A stretch of DNA of 63,935 nucleotides, the filler included, from Folioceros fuciformis (lineage: Eukaryota), in NCBI GenBank assembly GCA_049999805.1. It is 11 parts of 11 records of this genome, joined end to end, with 100 filler letters (N's around TTAATTAATTAA, not from the genome) between each part and the next. Parts side by side here need not be neighbours in the genome. Positions count along the whole stretch, not along the records: positions 24,518 to 40,534 come from JBNGIO010001665.1; positions 40,635 to 43,964 come from JBNGIO010001666.1; positions 44,065 to 46,624 come from JBNGIO010001667.1; positions 46,725 to 54,552 come from JBNGIO010001668.1; 7 more parts are not named here. One strand, given 5' to 3'. The notes under the pieces were generated by a model, which did not search any database, was not told the origin of the DNA, and saw only the letters and a program-made list of their open reading frames with translations. Positions 36,902 through 48,338 of this stretch are shown piece by piece. The position numbers were made by a program, and so were the translations under genes. Position 1 is the first letter of the stretch. Every line of letters begins with the position of its first letter.

Positions 36902-37738
36902 TCATTTATACTTGGCACGCACTGCAATGCGTCTTCCAGGGCAATTTCGACTCCTCATTGCACAGTCACCGCGACAACATTTTAAAGCCTTCTCAAATCG
37001 AAAATCGACGCCTATTTGGGGTGCCTGTTCACAGCGCCTGTCCAAATATTGCACCAACAACTTTCTCCACTAACATTAAGTAGGCCTTGGTAATCCAACT
37101 TCAAACATATTCGTATACTATATGATCTTTTTATATATAATTTAATCTGAAACTTATTATATATATATATATATATATTATTACGATATTTTTATATATT
37201 AGGTATATGAAAGAAAAAAAGGTAGATGAGGTTTTTCATCGTCTTTAATCGAGTCCCCATGTGAAGTTTATGTGACGACACATACATTAAGTGAAAAGAA
37301 AACCCTTTAAAACAACACTCGAAACAAACAAAACATATCGAATCCTTGATTTCACATACTCTATATATGTACGAATAGACCACAGGAAGCTCACACCCTC
37401 ATCAGTATCATGACCATCCTACAGGTTTGCTCTTTGTGTTTATCTTTTGTAGTTAACATTAGATTTATTTAACTCTTATTCACTAGTATTTATGGCATTC
37501 TAGTTTCTTGATGTTGTTATGTTAAACTTTATAATTGACTATGAAATTTTATGCATGTTCTTTACAATTATTGTGGCTAATACTTACATGATAATGCTTG
37601 GTGTAGGATAATGAACCATTGCTGATCCATTGCTACTGTTAGGGTGTGTATTAAACCCAATAGGAATCTTCAATGATCAGAAGTTTGAATATGTGTGCTT
37701 TATTTGCACCTTTGGCGTAAAGTGCAATTATTTGCAAA

Positions 37739-39833
37739 ATGCAGGCAAAAGTTGGTGGTATGAAAGTTGAGGCAATACAGGACCAACCTCCAACTGATGA
37801 GACAATGCAGGAGCAACGTCCAACTCATAAAGCAATGCAGGAGCAACTTCTAGATGATGAAGCAATGCAGGAGGAGCAACCTCCAAATGATGAGGCAACG
37901 CAGGAGCAACCTACAAACGATGCCTCATCTTCAGAGAGCAAAGACTCAAGTGATGCTTTACTTACACATTGGATGATGCAATTGGTGAACAATCAGGGTG
38001 CATATTTTCCAACCAAACCCAAGCAACCAAAAAGTGAGGCCAGAGCAAGGCAAAGGCCTTGCATATATCATGGAGCAGATCCTGGAAATGGATTCAATTC
38101 AAAAGATTTGAATCTACAAAAATATTGTATCACCTGTCGTGAAGGACCTCTTTGTGCAGTAGGAGCACAAAAAAATCATGCAGGTCATGGTATTCTTCAT
38201 TTGCGGAGGTGTTCGTATAGAACTTGCTTCACTGTTGCTGAAAACAAGGACATACTTGCTGCTGAAAATATTGATTTGGCCCATATTTGTACTTGCCGAT
38301 CAAATGACCATGACGTCTACTTTTTAGCAACTCAGGAGCAAAAGGAAAAGCCAAATGGGAAATACTTGCTGTGCAAAACATGTGACAGAACTTTGACGAA
38401 GCAAAATGATGGTGGCTTGTCAAATGATTGGTTTTGTAGCATCAAGTGCAAGGCCATAGCTATAAGAACAGCGAAATATGAAGGATTGGTACTCATTAAG
38501 AATTCTAACAATCTTAATGAGAGAGTAGCTGCAGTGCCAGTTGATTTGATTGCAGAAGGCTCACAGGGGCAAGGATCAGCTACTCCATCACAAACAAGGA
38601 TAGCAGAATTGCTTGTGGCAAACATGGTACCTGCAGAAACGTCAAAAAGGGAAAGGTAACTTCAAACTGCACCCTTGGTTTCATGTCAAAGTGTAATTGA
38701 AGCTTGCAAACTTTGATGATATGCTCTCTACATGTTATACTATGATATGATATCTTATTATAGGTTGAATATACATCAACCACCTAGTTCGCGTGTCCTG
38801 AGATCAAGAAATGCTCGGTACACGTTTCTTCATAATCTATATCTTCTTTCTTTTCTCCCTTTTAACCTACCTCTTTCTCATATTTGCAAGTTATGAATCA
38901 TTTGACAACACCACTCAATTAAAGTATCTTGCATATGATTTCCATACTAATTTATCGTATATTGTAGAGAGGTTGTATCTCCCGCACCAAATGTGCCTTC
39001 TTCATCAAACGCGTTACCATCTATGGCAATTGTGTCGCCTGAGTTGATTGCAGCTCCTAGGGGAATGGGTGATTTGGCTGTAACAAGGTAAGAACTAATA
39101 GGATAAGTCTTTGACTCATTCTTGCATGAAAAGAAGGCAAAAGTGTGGGTAAAAAACAATGCATCTCTAGAAAGGTCGATAAGATAGACAAGGGTTTATG
39201 CACCTTTATTTTCATGGTGATAATTAAAGCTAACTTAGTTCTATCCAATCTTTTCAACCTAACACATAATATTTCCAGGGCAATTGCATCTCCTACACCA
39301 ACAAGCTCACGAATGCAACTAAGATCTAGCAACAAAATGTAAAATCTTCTTTTTTGATTTTCAGTCTTCTTAATTATAGTGATAATCAAGTTTAAGAGAG
39401 TGGTTGAAATAATCCTGCATGTGATTTTAACGTTGATATATGGCATCTCATAGGCGGAGCGTATCCATTGTGCCAAATGAAGCCACTCCACCAAATGAAG
39501 TACTTGCATCAATTGCACCTCTAAATATGTCAAATGCACAAGAAGACGTGGATTTGGCTCAAGCAAGGCAAGGAACAACAGCACAAGGATCAATTGTGCC
39601 AATACATAATAGGAGGGCACGAAGTAGGAGGTACACTTTAATTCATTGTTTCTCTCTTTCAATTCCTCTCGTGTTTATTTCTTATAGTTAATCTATTTCA
39701 TGATGATAGATAAAATAATGATTTTGGGTGTAACTTTAACACTAATTAGCATATTTGAATGTAATGTAGTCGACGAAAGCGCAAAATTTTCCCGAAACGT
39801 GCAGCTGGAATTGGTATTCAACTTGGTTCATGA
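37739..39833 (+). CDS. Divergent PLATZ-like zinc-binding protein; exons 37739-38655, 38968-39087, 39279-39338, 39454-39630 and 39770-39833
   Basis: CIYH...YCITC..PLCAVG..NHAGHGILHLRRCSY...IDL...VYFL...CKTCDR...FCSIKCK; four phase-2 GT-AG introns keep the frame to a basic C-terminus SRRKRKIFPKRA. Confidence 0.8.
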
Positions 39834-40179
39834 TTTCCTACAAAGATTGACGAATGGTAAGCATATGTTGAACATTGGATCTCCTTATATCAACAACAAC
39901 ATTTGTCAACCATAGTTCATATGAGTGGTATTATTTTAAGTAAAATATTTTATATCAAGAGAAAATAATAGCATTCAAAGATAAATTTGTAATGGTGAAG
40001 GTTATAGGTCTTGTTGACAAGCCTTTGAATTAAGTTGTTTATTTATAGCTAAATTTTAGGTCATGTACATTAAAGATGAGACTTATTAAGATCTTCATGA
40101 CTTTATCTCAATTGTTGTTGTAATTAACATTGCACAAGCTACTTAAGTGTAGACTTGTCAACTTGGTAGATGTGAAAGA

Positions 40180-40534
40180 CCAGTAGCAGTAGCAGGAGCA
40201 GGAGTGAGGAAGAGGTAGTGGCAGCAACCTTCGGCCTTCGTAGCACCAGTAGCAGTAGCAGGAGCAGGAGTGAGGAAGTGGTAGTGGCAGCAACCTTCGG
40301 CCTTAGTAGCACCAGTAGCAGGAGCAGGAGCAGGAGTGAGGAAGAGATAGTGGCAGCAACCTTCAGCCTTAGTAGTGTCATGTCCTGGCAGTGGTGCCCT
40401 CGCCCCTGGCCTTGGTAGGAGGCCAATTGGGTGACGTCTAGCCCCAGCCTCTAGCCTTGGTAGGAGGCCAATTCGGTGACGTCCAGCCCCATCCCCTAGC
40501 CTTGGTAGGAGGCCAATTCGGTGACGTCCAGCCC
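40180..40534. repeat. Adjacent 66-bp (x3) and 45-bp (x3, cut by gap) tandem repeats
   Basis: tagtggcagcaaccttc at 40216, 40282 and 40348; cttggtaggaggccaatt at 40411, 40456 and 40501. Confidence 0.92.
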
Positions 40535-40634
40535 NNNNNNNNNNNNNNNNNNNNNNNNNNNNNNNNNNNNNNNNNNNNTTAATTAATTAANNNNNNNNNN
40601 NNNNNNNNNNNNNNNNNNNNNNNNNNNNNNNNNN

Positions 40635-42525
40635 AGACCTTTGCAATTGATACACTCTGATGTATGGGGTCCTTCACAGAATGCATCGTTTGAAGGAGCC
40701 CACTACTATGTCTCCTTCATTGATGATTTCAGCAGGTACACGTGGCTGTACATACTAAAGCATAAGGATGAAGTGTTCGAGTCTGTCAAGGACTTCAAAA
40801 AGCATGCTGAAAATGAATTCAGCTGCTCCATCTCTTGTCTAAGATCAGATCGAGGGAGAGAATACGTCTCAAATGAGTTTGACAGGTATCTTGCAGATCA
40901 TGGTATATGAAGACAGTTGACTTGCAGATACACACCACAGCAGAATAGTGTTGCAGAGAGGAAGAACAGGGTAGTCATGGAAACAGCAAGGGCAATGCTG
41001 AATGAGAAGTGCTTACCTAATGATTATTGGGCAGAAGCAGTGATGACAGCAGTGTATGTACTGAATCGAACTCCTACGGCATGAATTCATGATGCTACAC
41101 CAATTGAAAGACTGTATGGCTATAAGCCGGATATTAGGCACTTGAAAGTGTTTGGGTGCATTGCATATGTGGATGTACCTGATGAGAAGCGTAGGAAGCT
41201 GGATCCTAAAGCAATGAAGAGTGTTTTTCTGGGGTATGCACGAAATAGGAAGGCATATAAGTGTTATGTGCCATCCACACATGAGATCCGGATAAGCAGG
41301 GATGTGGTATTTGATGAGTTAGCCTCTTGGTATAGCAACTCAGTTGCACTACCCTATGATGAACCCACAGGGGAGAGTACTGTTAAGAGTACTCCAGCAA
41401 AGAGTGAGGATGTGACCAATGGTGGATCACCAACGGTGAATCCATGGTCTGGAAGACTACGGAATGGTAAAACCGAAGACCACTGACCCGGATATGTCAG
41501 TGAGGGGGAGAGTAGAAAGCAGCAAAACTGGAAATGAGAGATATGAATCCTCAAGTAGTGAGAGCATTGACAATGAGTTTGGCATTCCGTCTGTGGAAAC
41601 GCCAGGTGCTAAGGAGCAACAATATGCAAGGCAGGTTCAAAATGAACCAAGACCAAGGAGATCTGAGAGGGTTAGGAAACCCATTGACAGGTACACCTAT
41701 ACAAGCTACAATGCGCAACATTATGCGTATATGACAAGGGTCACAGCTTGTAAGGAGCCAACCAAGTTTGCTGAGGCAGTGATAGATGATAAGTGGTGTC
41801 AAGCCATGGATGAAGAATACTCAGCATTAGTTGAGAATGGAACGTGGGATTTGGTTCAATTGCCTGATGGCAAGGTTCCTATTGGTTCTAAGTGGGTGTA
41901 CAAGCTGAAGTTCAAGTTAGATGGAACGCTGGAGCGTTACAAGGCCAGGTTGGTTGCAATGGGATATGCACAACAGTATGGTCTTGATTATGAGGAAACC
42001 TTTAGTCCAATAGCCAAGATGACAACTGTAAGGATAGTCATAGCACTAGCAGTAGCTAAAGGATGGAAGTTATGGCAAATGGATGTCAAGAATGCCTTCT
42101 TGAATGGTGAGTTGCAGGAGGAAGTGTACATGGAACAGCCTAAAGGCTATGTTCATCCTAAGTTTCCAACATACGTCTGCAAACTGAAGAAGGCATTGTA
42201 TGGACTCAAACAGGCTCCTAGAGCATGGAATGCTCGTATCACAAGCTATTTGAAGGAGCGAGGGTTTGTGATTGGAGACGCATATCACAATCTGTTTGTA
42301 AAACAGACCACGGTAGGACAAGTGTGTCTTGTCGTTTATGTTGATGACCTGATCATCACAGGAGATGATGCAAATAGTATTGCATATGTCAAGGCGAATA
42401 TGCAAAAAGAGTTCAAGGTGAAGGATCTTGGTGAACTCAGATACTTCTTAGGAATTGAGGTTGTGTCTACACCTCAAGGAATCTGGCTATTCCAAAAACA
42501 ATATGCTAAGGATATGTTGCATAAT
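40635..42525 (+). mobile_element. Ty1/copia pol remnant (integrase plus reverse transcriptase), disrupted and 3'-truncated
   Basis: IHSDVWGP, IDDFSR, RSDRGREY, TPQQNSVAERKNR; RT motifs YKARLVA, MDVKNAFLNG, YGLKQAPRAW and YVDDL; in-frame stops. Confidence 0.96.
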
Positions 42526-42529
42526 TGCA

Positions 42530-43620
42530 GGCCGTAGCCCCTCGTCCCTCCTAGGCCCACACGCACATATAAAATCAGCTTTAGAACACGGACTCCTTCC
42601 ACATAGAGGCCAAGAACATAAGTGGCTTCCTCCTCATAGTGCAACACATTCCGACCCTCTATTGCAAAGGAAGCGCTTACCCCCTCCTCCCGTGGGCTAC
42701 TTCGGGCTGCCTGCCCTTTGCTCTCCAGGGGCACTAGAGGATCTTCCATCCCCCAAGCTACTCCTTCTCCCTGCTCAATCCTCCTGGGGCGGGTTACCCT
42801 TCCAGACCGGCGGATTGCAGGCCCTTCCACAGTGGCCTCTTCAACTACAAAGGTCCGACCTTCCTCTACTGGCGTTGTCTCTCTCCGACCGGTAGTGTCT
42901 TCAGCTACCTCCGTTGTCGCTTGACTACCTCGCCTGGCTCTGCCCTTCCCCTTCACCCGATTCCGGGCCTCATCCCGCTCCCGCTTGTACCTGTCAGCCA
43001 GCTTCTGCACTTGCTCCACCGCAGCCGCTTCCTGTTCCTAGGCCCTTACTAGCTCCTGTTACATTTCTTTGTTAGTCCCATGGGCCTCTCTCACCTGAGC
43101 TATGAGCGTTTCCTGCTACTCCTTCAGTGCCTACACTTCTTCTCTCGCCTAGTGTGCTTCCTCCTCTATCCCTTCCTTGGCCGCGCTCAGGGCTTGTCGA
43201 ACTTCCTCCAAGTGCTGCCATTCCACTTCAGACTCGGCCAACTTCTCCTGGGCTTCAGCCTCCTTCTCTGCCTGCATACTCAGCCAGGTTAGTGCCTTGG
43301 CAGCCTGATCCAGCATATCTGCCTGGGCCCACACCATTGCTGAGGTCAGGCCTAGTGGGTCGACTTGCTGCGACTCCCCCACAGGAGCTATCCTCCTGTC
43401 CAAGATCTGCCTCCCCAGCAGCGCCCGTAACCTGTTCAGATCCTCCGTCTACAGCCTGGCTAGAGGGGATTCTTCTATAAATTTCTTCCCATCCCAGGAA
43501 GGGTTCCTTTTCCGAAACGTGCCCTAATTCAGCCATCACCTCAGATGGGGCCGTTTCTATGTCTGGCACCCTCTCCTGAGGTGCCTCTGGTTCCGTCTCA
43601 ACCCGCTCCTGGACAGCCTT
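42530..43620 (-). mobile_element. Second degraded copy of the coiled-coil accessory ORF found at 229-951
   Basis: LTSAMVWAQADMLDQAAKALTWLSMQAE versus LTAAMVQAQADHLDQAARALTWLSVQAK; KRERDEARNRVKGKG versus KRERDEARERVKGKG. Confidence 0.85.
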
Positions 43621-43650
43621 CTACTGTGCTAACCCACTCCCTCTCTTGGT

Positions 43651-43964
43651 TGTAAGATCACTAGAGGAGCATGGTGGAGGAGAGGAGAAGAGGAGGCAGA
43701 GAGGAGAGGAGAAAAAGAGGTCACATTGAGAGTAGTTGGCAAGGGAGCTCAAGGGGGTATTTATACCCTCTAGAAGAGCTCCCTAGGAAGCTTCACAAGA
43801 AGCTCACATGAAGCTGCGCATGAAGCTTCCTACAGATTAGCTTAAGCTAATCTAAACTAATGATACTTAACTAGACACTAATCTTAGACTAAACACATTA
43901 GTCTAAGCACATTAACTAGACACTAATCTTAGACTAAACACATTAGCCTAAGCACATTGGGCTT
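43651..43964 (-). mobile_element. LTR of the same family as 2300-2627, with an internal duplication
   Basis: Shares gcaagggagctcaaggg...cagattagcttaagctaatctaaac...cttagactaaacacatt; the minus strand ends ...gatcttaCA at 43651. Confidence 0.85.
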
Positions 43965-44399
43965 NNNNNNNNNNNNNNNNNNNNNNNNNNNNNNNNNNNN
44001 NNNNNNNNTTAATTAATTAANNNNNNNNNNNNNNNNNNNNNNNNNNNNNNNNNNNNNNNNNNNNACTAATTAGTGGTAAGAGTGATTAAGGTTATGATTA
44101 ATATATATATATAGCTTGTTAGACTTTGCTATGTTAGGCAAAAGAAGTATTGTAGGGTTTGGGGTCATTTATCCCATATTGGGCACGAAATGAGAGTGCC
44201 ACCCATAGGTCCATAAAAGAAGGGATGAACCCACCTAGTATATGTAGTCTAACTCCCTTTTCACTTGTATTGTGTTGTTTTTGTAATTCTCCTTTTTATT
44301 TGAGTTTAAGAGCCTTGTTATAGTGCTCTTATTTTGGGATTCTGCATCTTGCTTCAACTAACTTGTTTTAACCTCCTTTGAGCATGGCGGGGGTGACAT

Positions 44400-45290
44400 C
44401 TCAACAATCAGTCCTTCAAGCATTTGTGGAAGCTAAGGATAGTGGCCTCCTTAGTAGAGGGGCTAGCCTAAGCCATCTCTTGGGCAATAGTGTAAGACAT
44501 TGAGAACTTCGTGACTCGAGCTCAGATGATGGAGCTAAAAGTGGAGGTAGACAAGGCATGCGTTGTTGCAAAATAGGTGCACGTGATTGCCTGATTTGAA
44601 GAGGAGAAGCATATGGACGCAAAGCCGATTGCTTGCTCAATATAGGACCATAGCAAGGCCTTTGAGTGGAAGGCCTTCTTGGCCAAGTGTAAGGAGGCAG
44701 CCCAAGCAGCTAAGGAGGCTGCCCACATAGTAAAGAAAAGCGGAAGGAGGAATGAGCGTCCTTGGAGCAACAACTTTCAGCAATCAAGGAGGCATACAAG
44801 CGGCACACAAACAATCGAAAGTGTAATAAGCTAAGAGATTCATATAAGCTAAGAGATTCATATGACCCTTTAAGCAAGAACCTAGCAAAGGCTGCTAAGT
44901 AGCTGGAGGAGAACAAGGAGAGCCAGTTGGCAGCATAGGCTCAAAAAATGGAGAATGTAGAGAAGTTTTTGGACCCACATCGAGGATCGACTCCAACTTC
45001 TCATACTACCATTTGGAAATCATGATGGTAGTATAAGATCCAAAGAAGTCTTAAAAAACGGAAATAGTTGAGACTGGGAAGAAGGACATTGCCTATGTCG
45101 AAGTCGAAGTCGAAGTAGAGATCTAGCACATAAAGGAGGAAGAGGATGCCATCGAGGAAGAAGAAGCTGTCAAAGAAGCCATAGGAGGCAAAGATTGCTT
45201 TTGCACCTCAGCTAACCTCCTCATACTAAAGGCAAAGCTTGCTGCTATACCACATGTAACCTCTGTTGGGGATAAAACCCTAACATAGCT
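44400..45290 (+). pseudogene. Heavily degraded Glu/Lys/Ala-rich coding-like remnant, probably TE-derived
   Basis: Fragments such as SLEQQLSAIKEAYK and EEEDAIEEEEAVKEA, broken by many stops. Confidence 0.35.
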
Positions 45291-46499
45291 TATACTACAT
45301 TTAATATACTTCAGTTAAGTAGTTAACCCAAGAGACACATTAACAATTTTTTATTTACGAGCACCTTTCTCTTTATTAATTATTGCTTTTGTTTTACAAG
45401 CACGCTTCCGCGTTTATTAATAACCTCCTCAACTCAATGTAACCTCCAAAGGTAAGGAAAGTCCTTTAGCCAATAGTTGTTGAGTCCAATGACCCTTTAA
45501 CACCTAGCTGGACCCGCTACAACCTAATAATAAAGGTCAAGAGTGACGGGAGTAGTAGTTTTAGTGGGAAATCTAGCGGCCTCAAGCACTTGGGCTAGTT
45601 GATCCTAGGGAATTGGACAGCTATCCAAATAGATGGTAAGCTCTTGTACAAGGAGCAAACTTATGCTAAGATTAAATCTCCTTTCTTGATCTTGATCTAA
45701 GTAGCATAAGAGTAACCTGTATTGCCCCTTCTCTTTTTTTGTGCTTGTAAGCAAGTGAGAGTTTCATCAAAGTATAGTCTACTTTCGTGGAAGCCCTTTT
45801 AGTGATCCAAGTTACAAGAAGCTAACCTAGTTGTTTCTATCTACACTTAATTGGAACACGTTGTTCTCCTAGGAACAAGCTCACCTTATACTATGACAAA
45901 GAACTGACTTGGATATAAGTTTGCAGCTTGCAACAATCTACAACATACTACGAAGCGCATGACCCACACCTAACAGACTAGCTTTTGGGTGCATAACTTG
46001 TAAAAGGCACAACAACTTGTTGCTACATAATATAGTATCAAAGCCACAAGACCAATTTTATACTTGTTAAAATAGTTTGCTTGGATCACCACATTGTCAC
46101 TTATATGGTGCTCAATTATAAATATAATTATAATTATCATCATATTTTTTAGTATCATTATTCTTCAAGAGACAAGGGTTGCTCACACCTAAATGTGCCC
46201 GCATCATGAGCAATACAAGTTTCATATCTTATTATTGTTATGGCAATTGCAAAACTCTTATCTTAATATTTCAGTCCTAATCAACAACATAGTGCAAGTA
46301 TTAGTTTTGGCATTTTCAATCAACTAAAGATATTATTAAAAAGTGTAGAGACAAGATAAATTGAAGAGAGAAAAGGAATGGCAAGCACAACTTAGGCAAC
46401 GCGAATTGGATAAAGCACGAGAGGTACAATAATTTAAGCATTTAATTTTATTAGCATATATATAATTAGATAGATGTAATAATAATAGTATATTATGAG

Positions 46500-46624
46500 T
46501 AATAATTCCTAACAAAGTAGATCTTGTAATTCACAAGGCCTTGCATGCTAGTAGGTGGCATATTCATTAGTGGTCCGAATAATTCCTAACAAAGTAGATC
46601 TTGTAATTCACAAGGCCTTGCATG
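46500..46624. repeat. Direct repeat at a contig end
   Basis: aataattcctaacaaagtagatcttgtaattcacaaggccttgcatg occurs twice, about 77 bp apart. Confidence 0.85.
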
Positions 46625-46837
46625 NNNNNNNNNNNNNNNNNNNNNNNNNNNNNNNNNNNNNNNNNNNNTTAATTAATTAANNNNNNNNNNNNNNNNNNNN
46701 NNNNNNNNNNNNNNNNNNNNNNNNACTTACAACATCAAATCAATAGTACTATAAAAGTATATGATTACCTTTTTTTATTACTTAAATATTCTATTTAAAT
46801 TACTTAAAAGTACAAATTATGTCTACAAGGGTTGTAA

Positions 46838-47897
46838 TTAAAGACAATCAGGACAAGAAAATTGTTGCAAGTTGGTGATCTCCTCGGGAGTAGTATGAAT
46901 GCATTTGGGGTGAAACCTGAGTCAGAGTAAAAGACTAAGCCACATGTTCAAGAACATGACAAGCTTCAAATAAGTTTACAATCTATAAACCCCAATTTTA
47001 CACACACAACAACATTTCATTGTTTAGCAAAAGCACTTCACAATGGGAATGAACAAGGAACAACTTACCAATCTTGACATTGTCTGCATTGTACCATCAA
47101 ATCATCAGGGTTGTATGGCATTTCACATTTGCAAAACCTAGAAAGCAATTGGATTAGTAGTGTACTTGAAAAGAATGCGAGATCCACTTGTGCATATAGC
47201 TCGAAACTAACACTTACACTGCCACACGATCTGGCATGAACGTTCCAGCTGCTGCTTTATACTCAAAGCGACAAAAAAAATCGGTAGGGCCTTCATATTT
47301 GAGACGAGTGTAGTCTCTGAATGTGTGAACTCTACACTTGTTCTCAACTGCAGCTAGACTGCATTCGTCGTAGTGATCTGATAAAAACAATTCTCTAGAG
47401 CCATGGAATTGACGTCTGCCACCATGTGACTCTTCTGGACGATAGTACCATCGGACTTTCAAAGTGACGTTATTCAGAGCATCCACTTCTATTCTTTCTA
47501 TCCTTGCTACATAGACCGGGATGGTGGGATCTGGAGGTTGTAGTGTCACACAGTCTCCAGCTGCAGCAATAAACAATGGTGTATGTGAAAGAAGAGAAAC
47601 GTACATTTAAGAAGTTCAATGACATGTGAAAAAGGTCTGCCCAAGAGAGGATGTGTTAGGGAAATGTGGAATTCCTTTTGAATCTTGAATCCATTACCTT
47701 TGCTTGAAAAATGAGCTAGTTGCCAGTGAATAGATGCTATGAAATGATTTCTTGAATTCTTGTCATGTGCCCTCTCGTCTCTCTCGCTTCAATGAAATAA
47801 TGTTATCAAGAAGTAAGAACAACACACCTTTGATGATAGTATCCTTTTTGATAGCACATGTTTCCAAGATCTCTTTTGGATGTTGCTTCTTTCCCAT
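46838..47897 (-). CDS. EBS/SHL-like BAH-PHD histone reader; exons 47897-47828, 47560-47218, 47137-47069 and 46916-46838
   Basis: [28 protein letters not shown]...YVARIE...[19 protein letters not shown]...[69 protein letters not shown]. Confidence 0.93.
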
Positions 47898-48338
47898 GAC
47901 ATGTACCTGGAAGGGAGAATATAGCTACTCCCTTCAAGATACAAGTTGCTTACTTCAAAATGCTTTTGCCTTACCTACGCATGGGAGAAAGATTAGTTTC
48001 AACAATTCTATCCCTAAATGAGAACAATAGTAACGCACTGCAGGCATATAGCATCCAAGAAGAGAGCTTACAAGTGTGGGCACACGAAGGGAAACATGAG
48101 AGTGTGGGAAGGCAATGGCCAAGGCTGGGAACGGAAAGGGAGAAGACGGGCAGCTGAAAGTAAAATGTGTGATCTGCACTAGCGAAGTTAAAAGAAGGTG
48201 AACTTTAGTCCAAGAAGTTAACGTAAACTCAAATTTTTAATCGGGCATCCGTGAGCCAGGAAGGGCAGTTACGGGATGCAGGCACTGGAAGGAAGGAGTG
48301 TGGGATGACTGGCCAATGGTTGCGTCGGGTGGAGGAAG

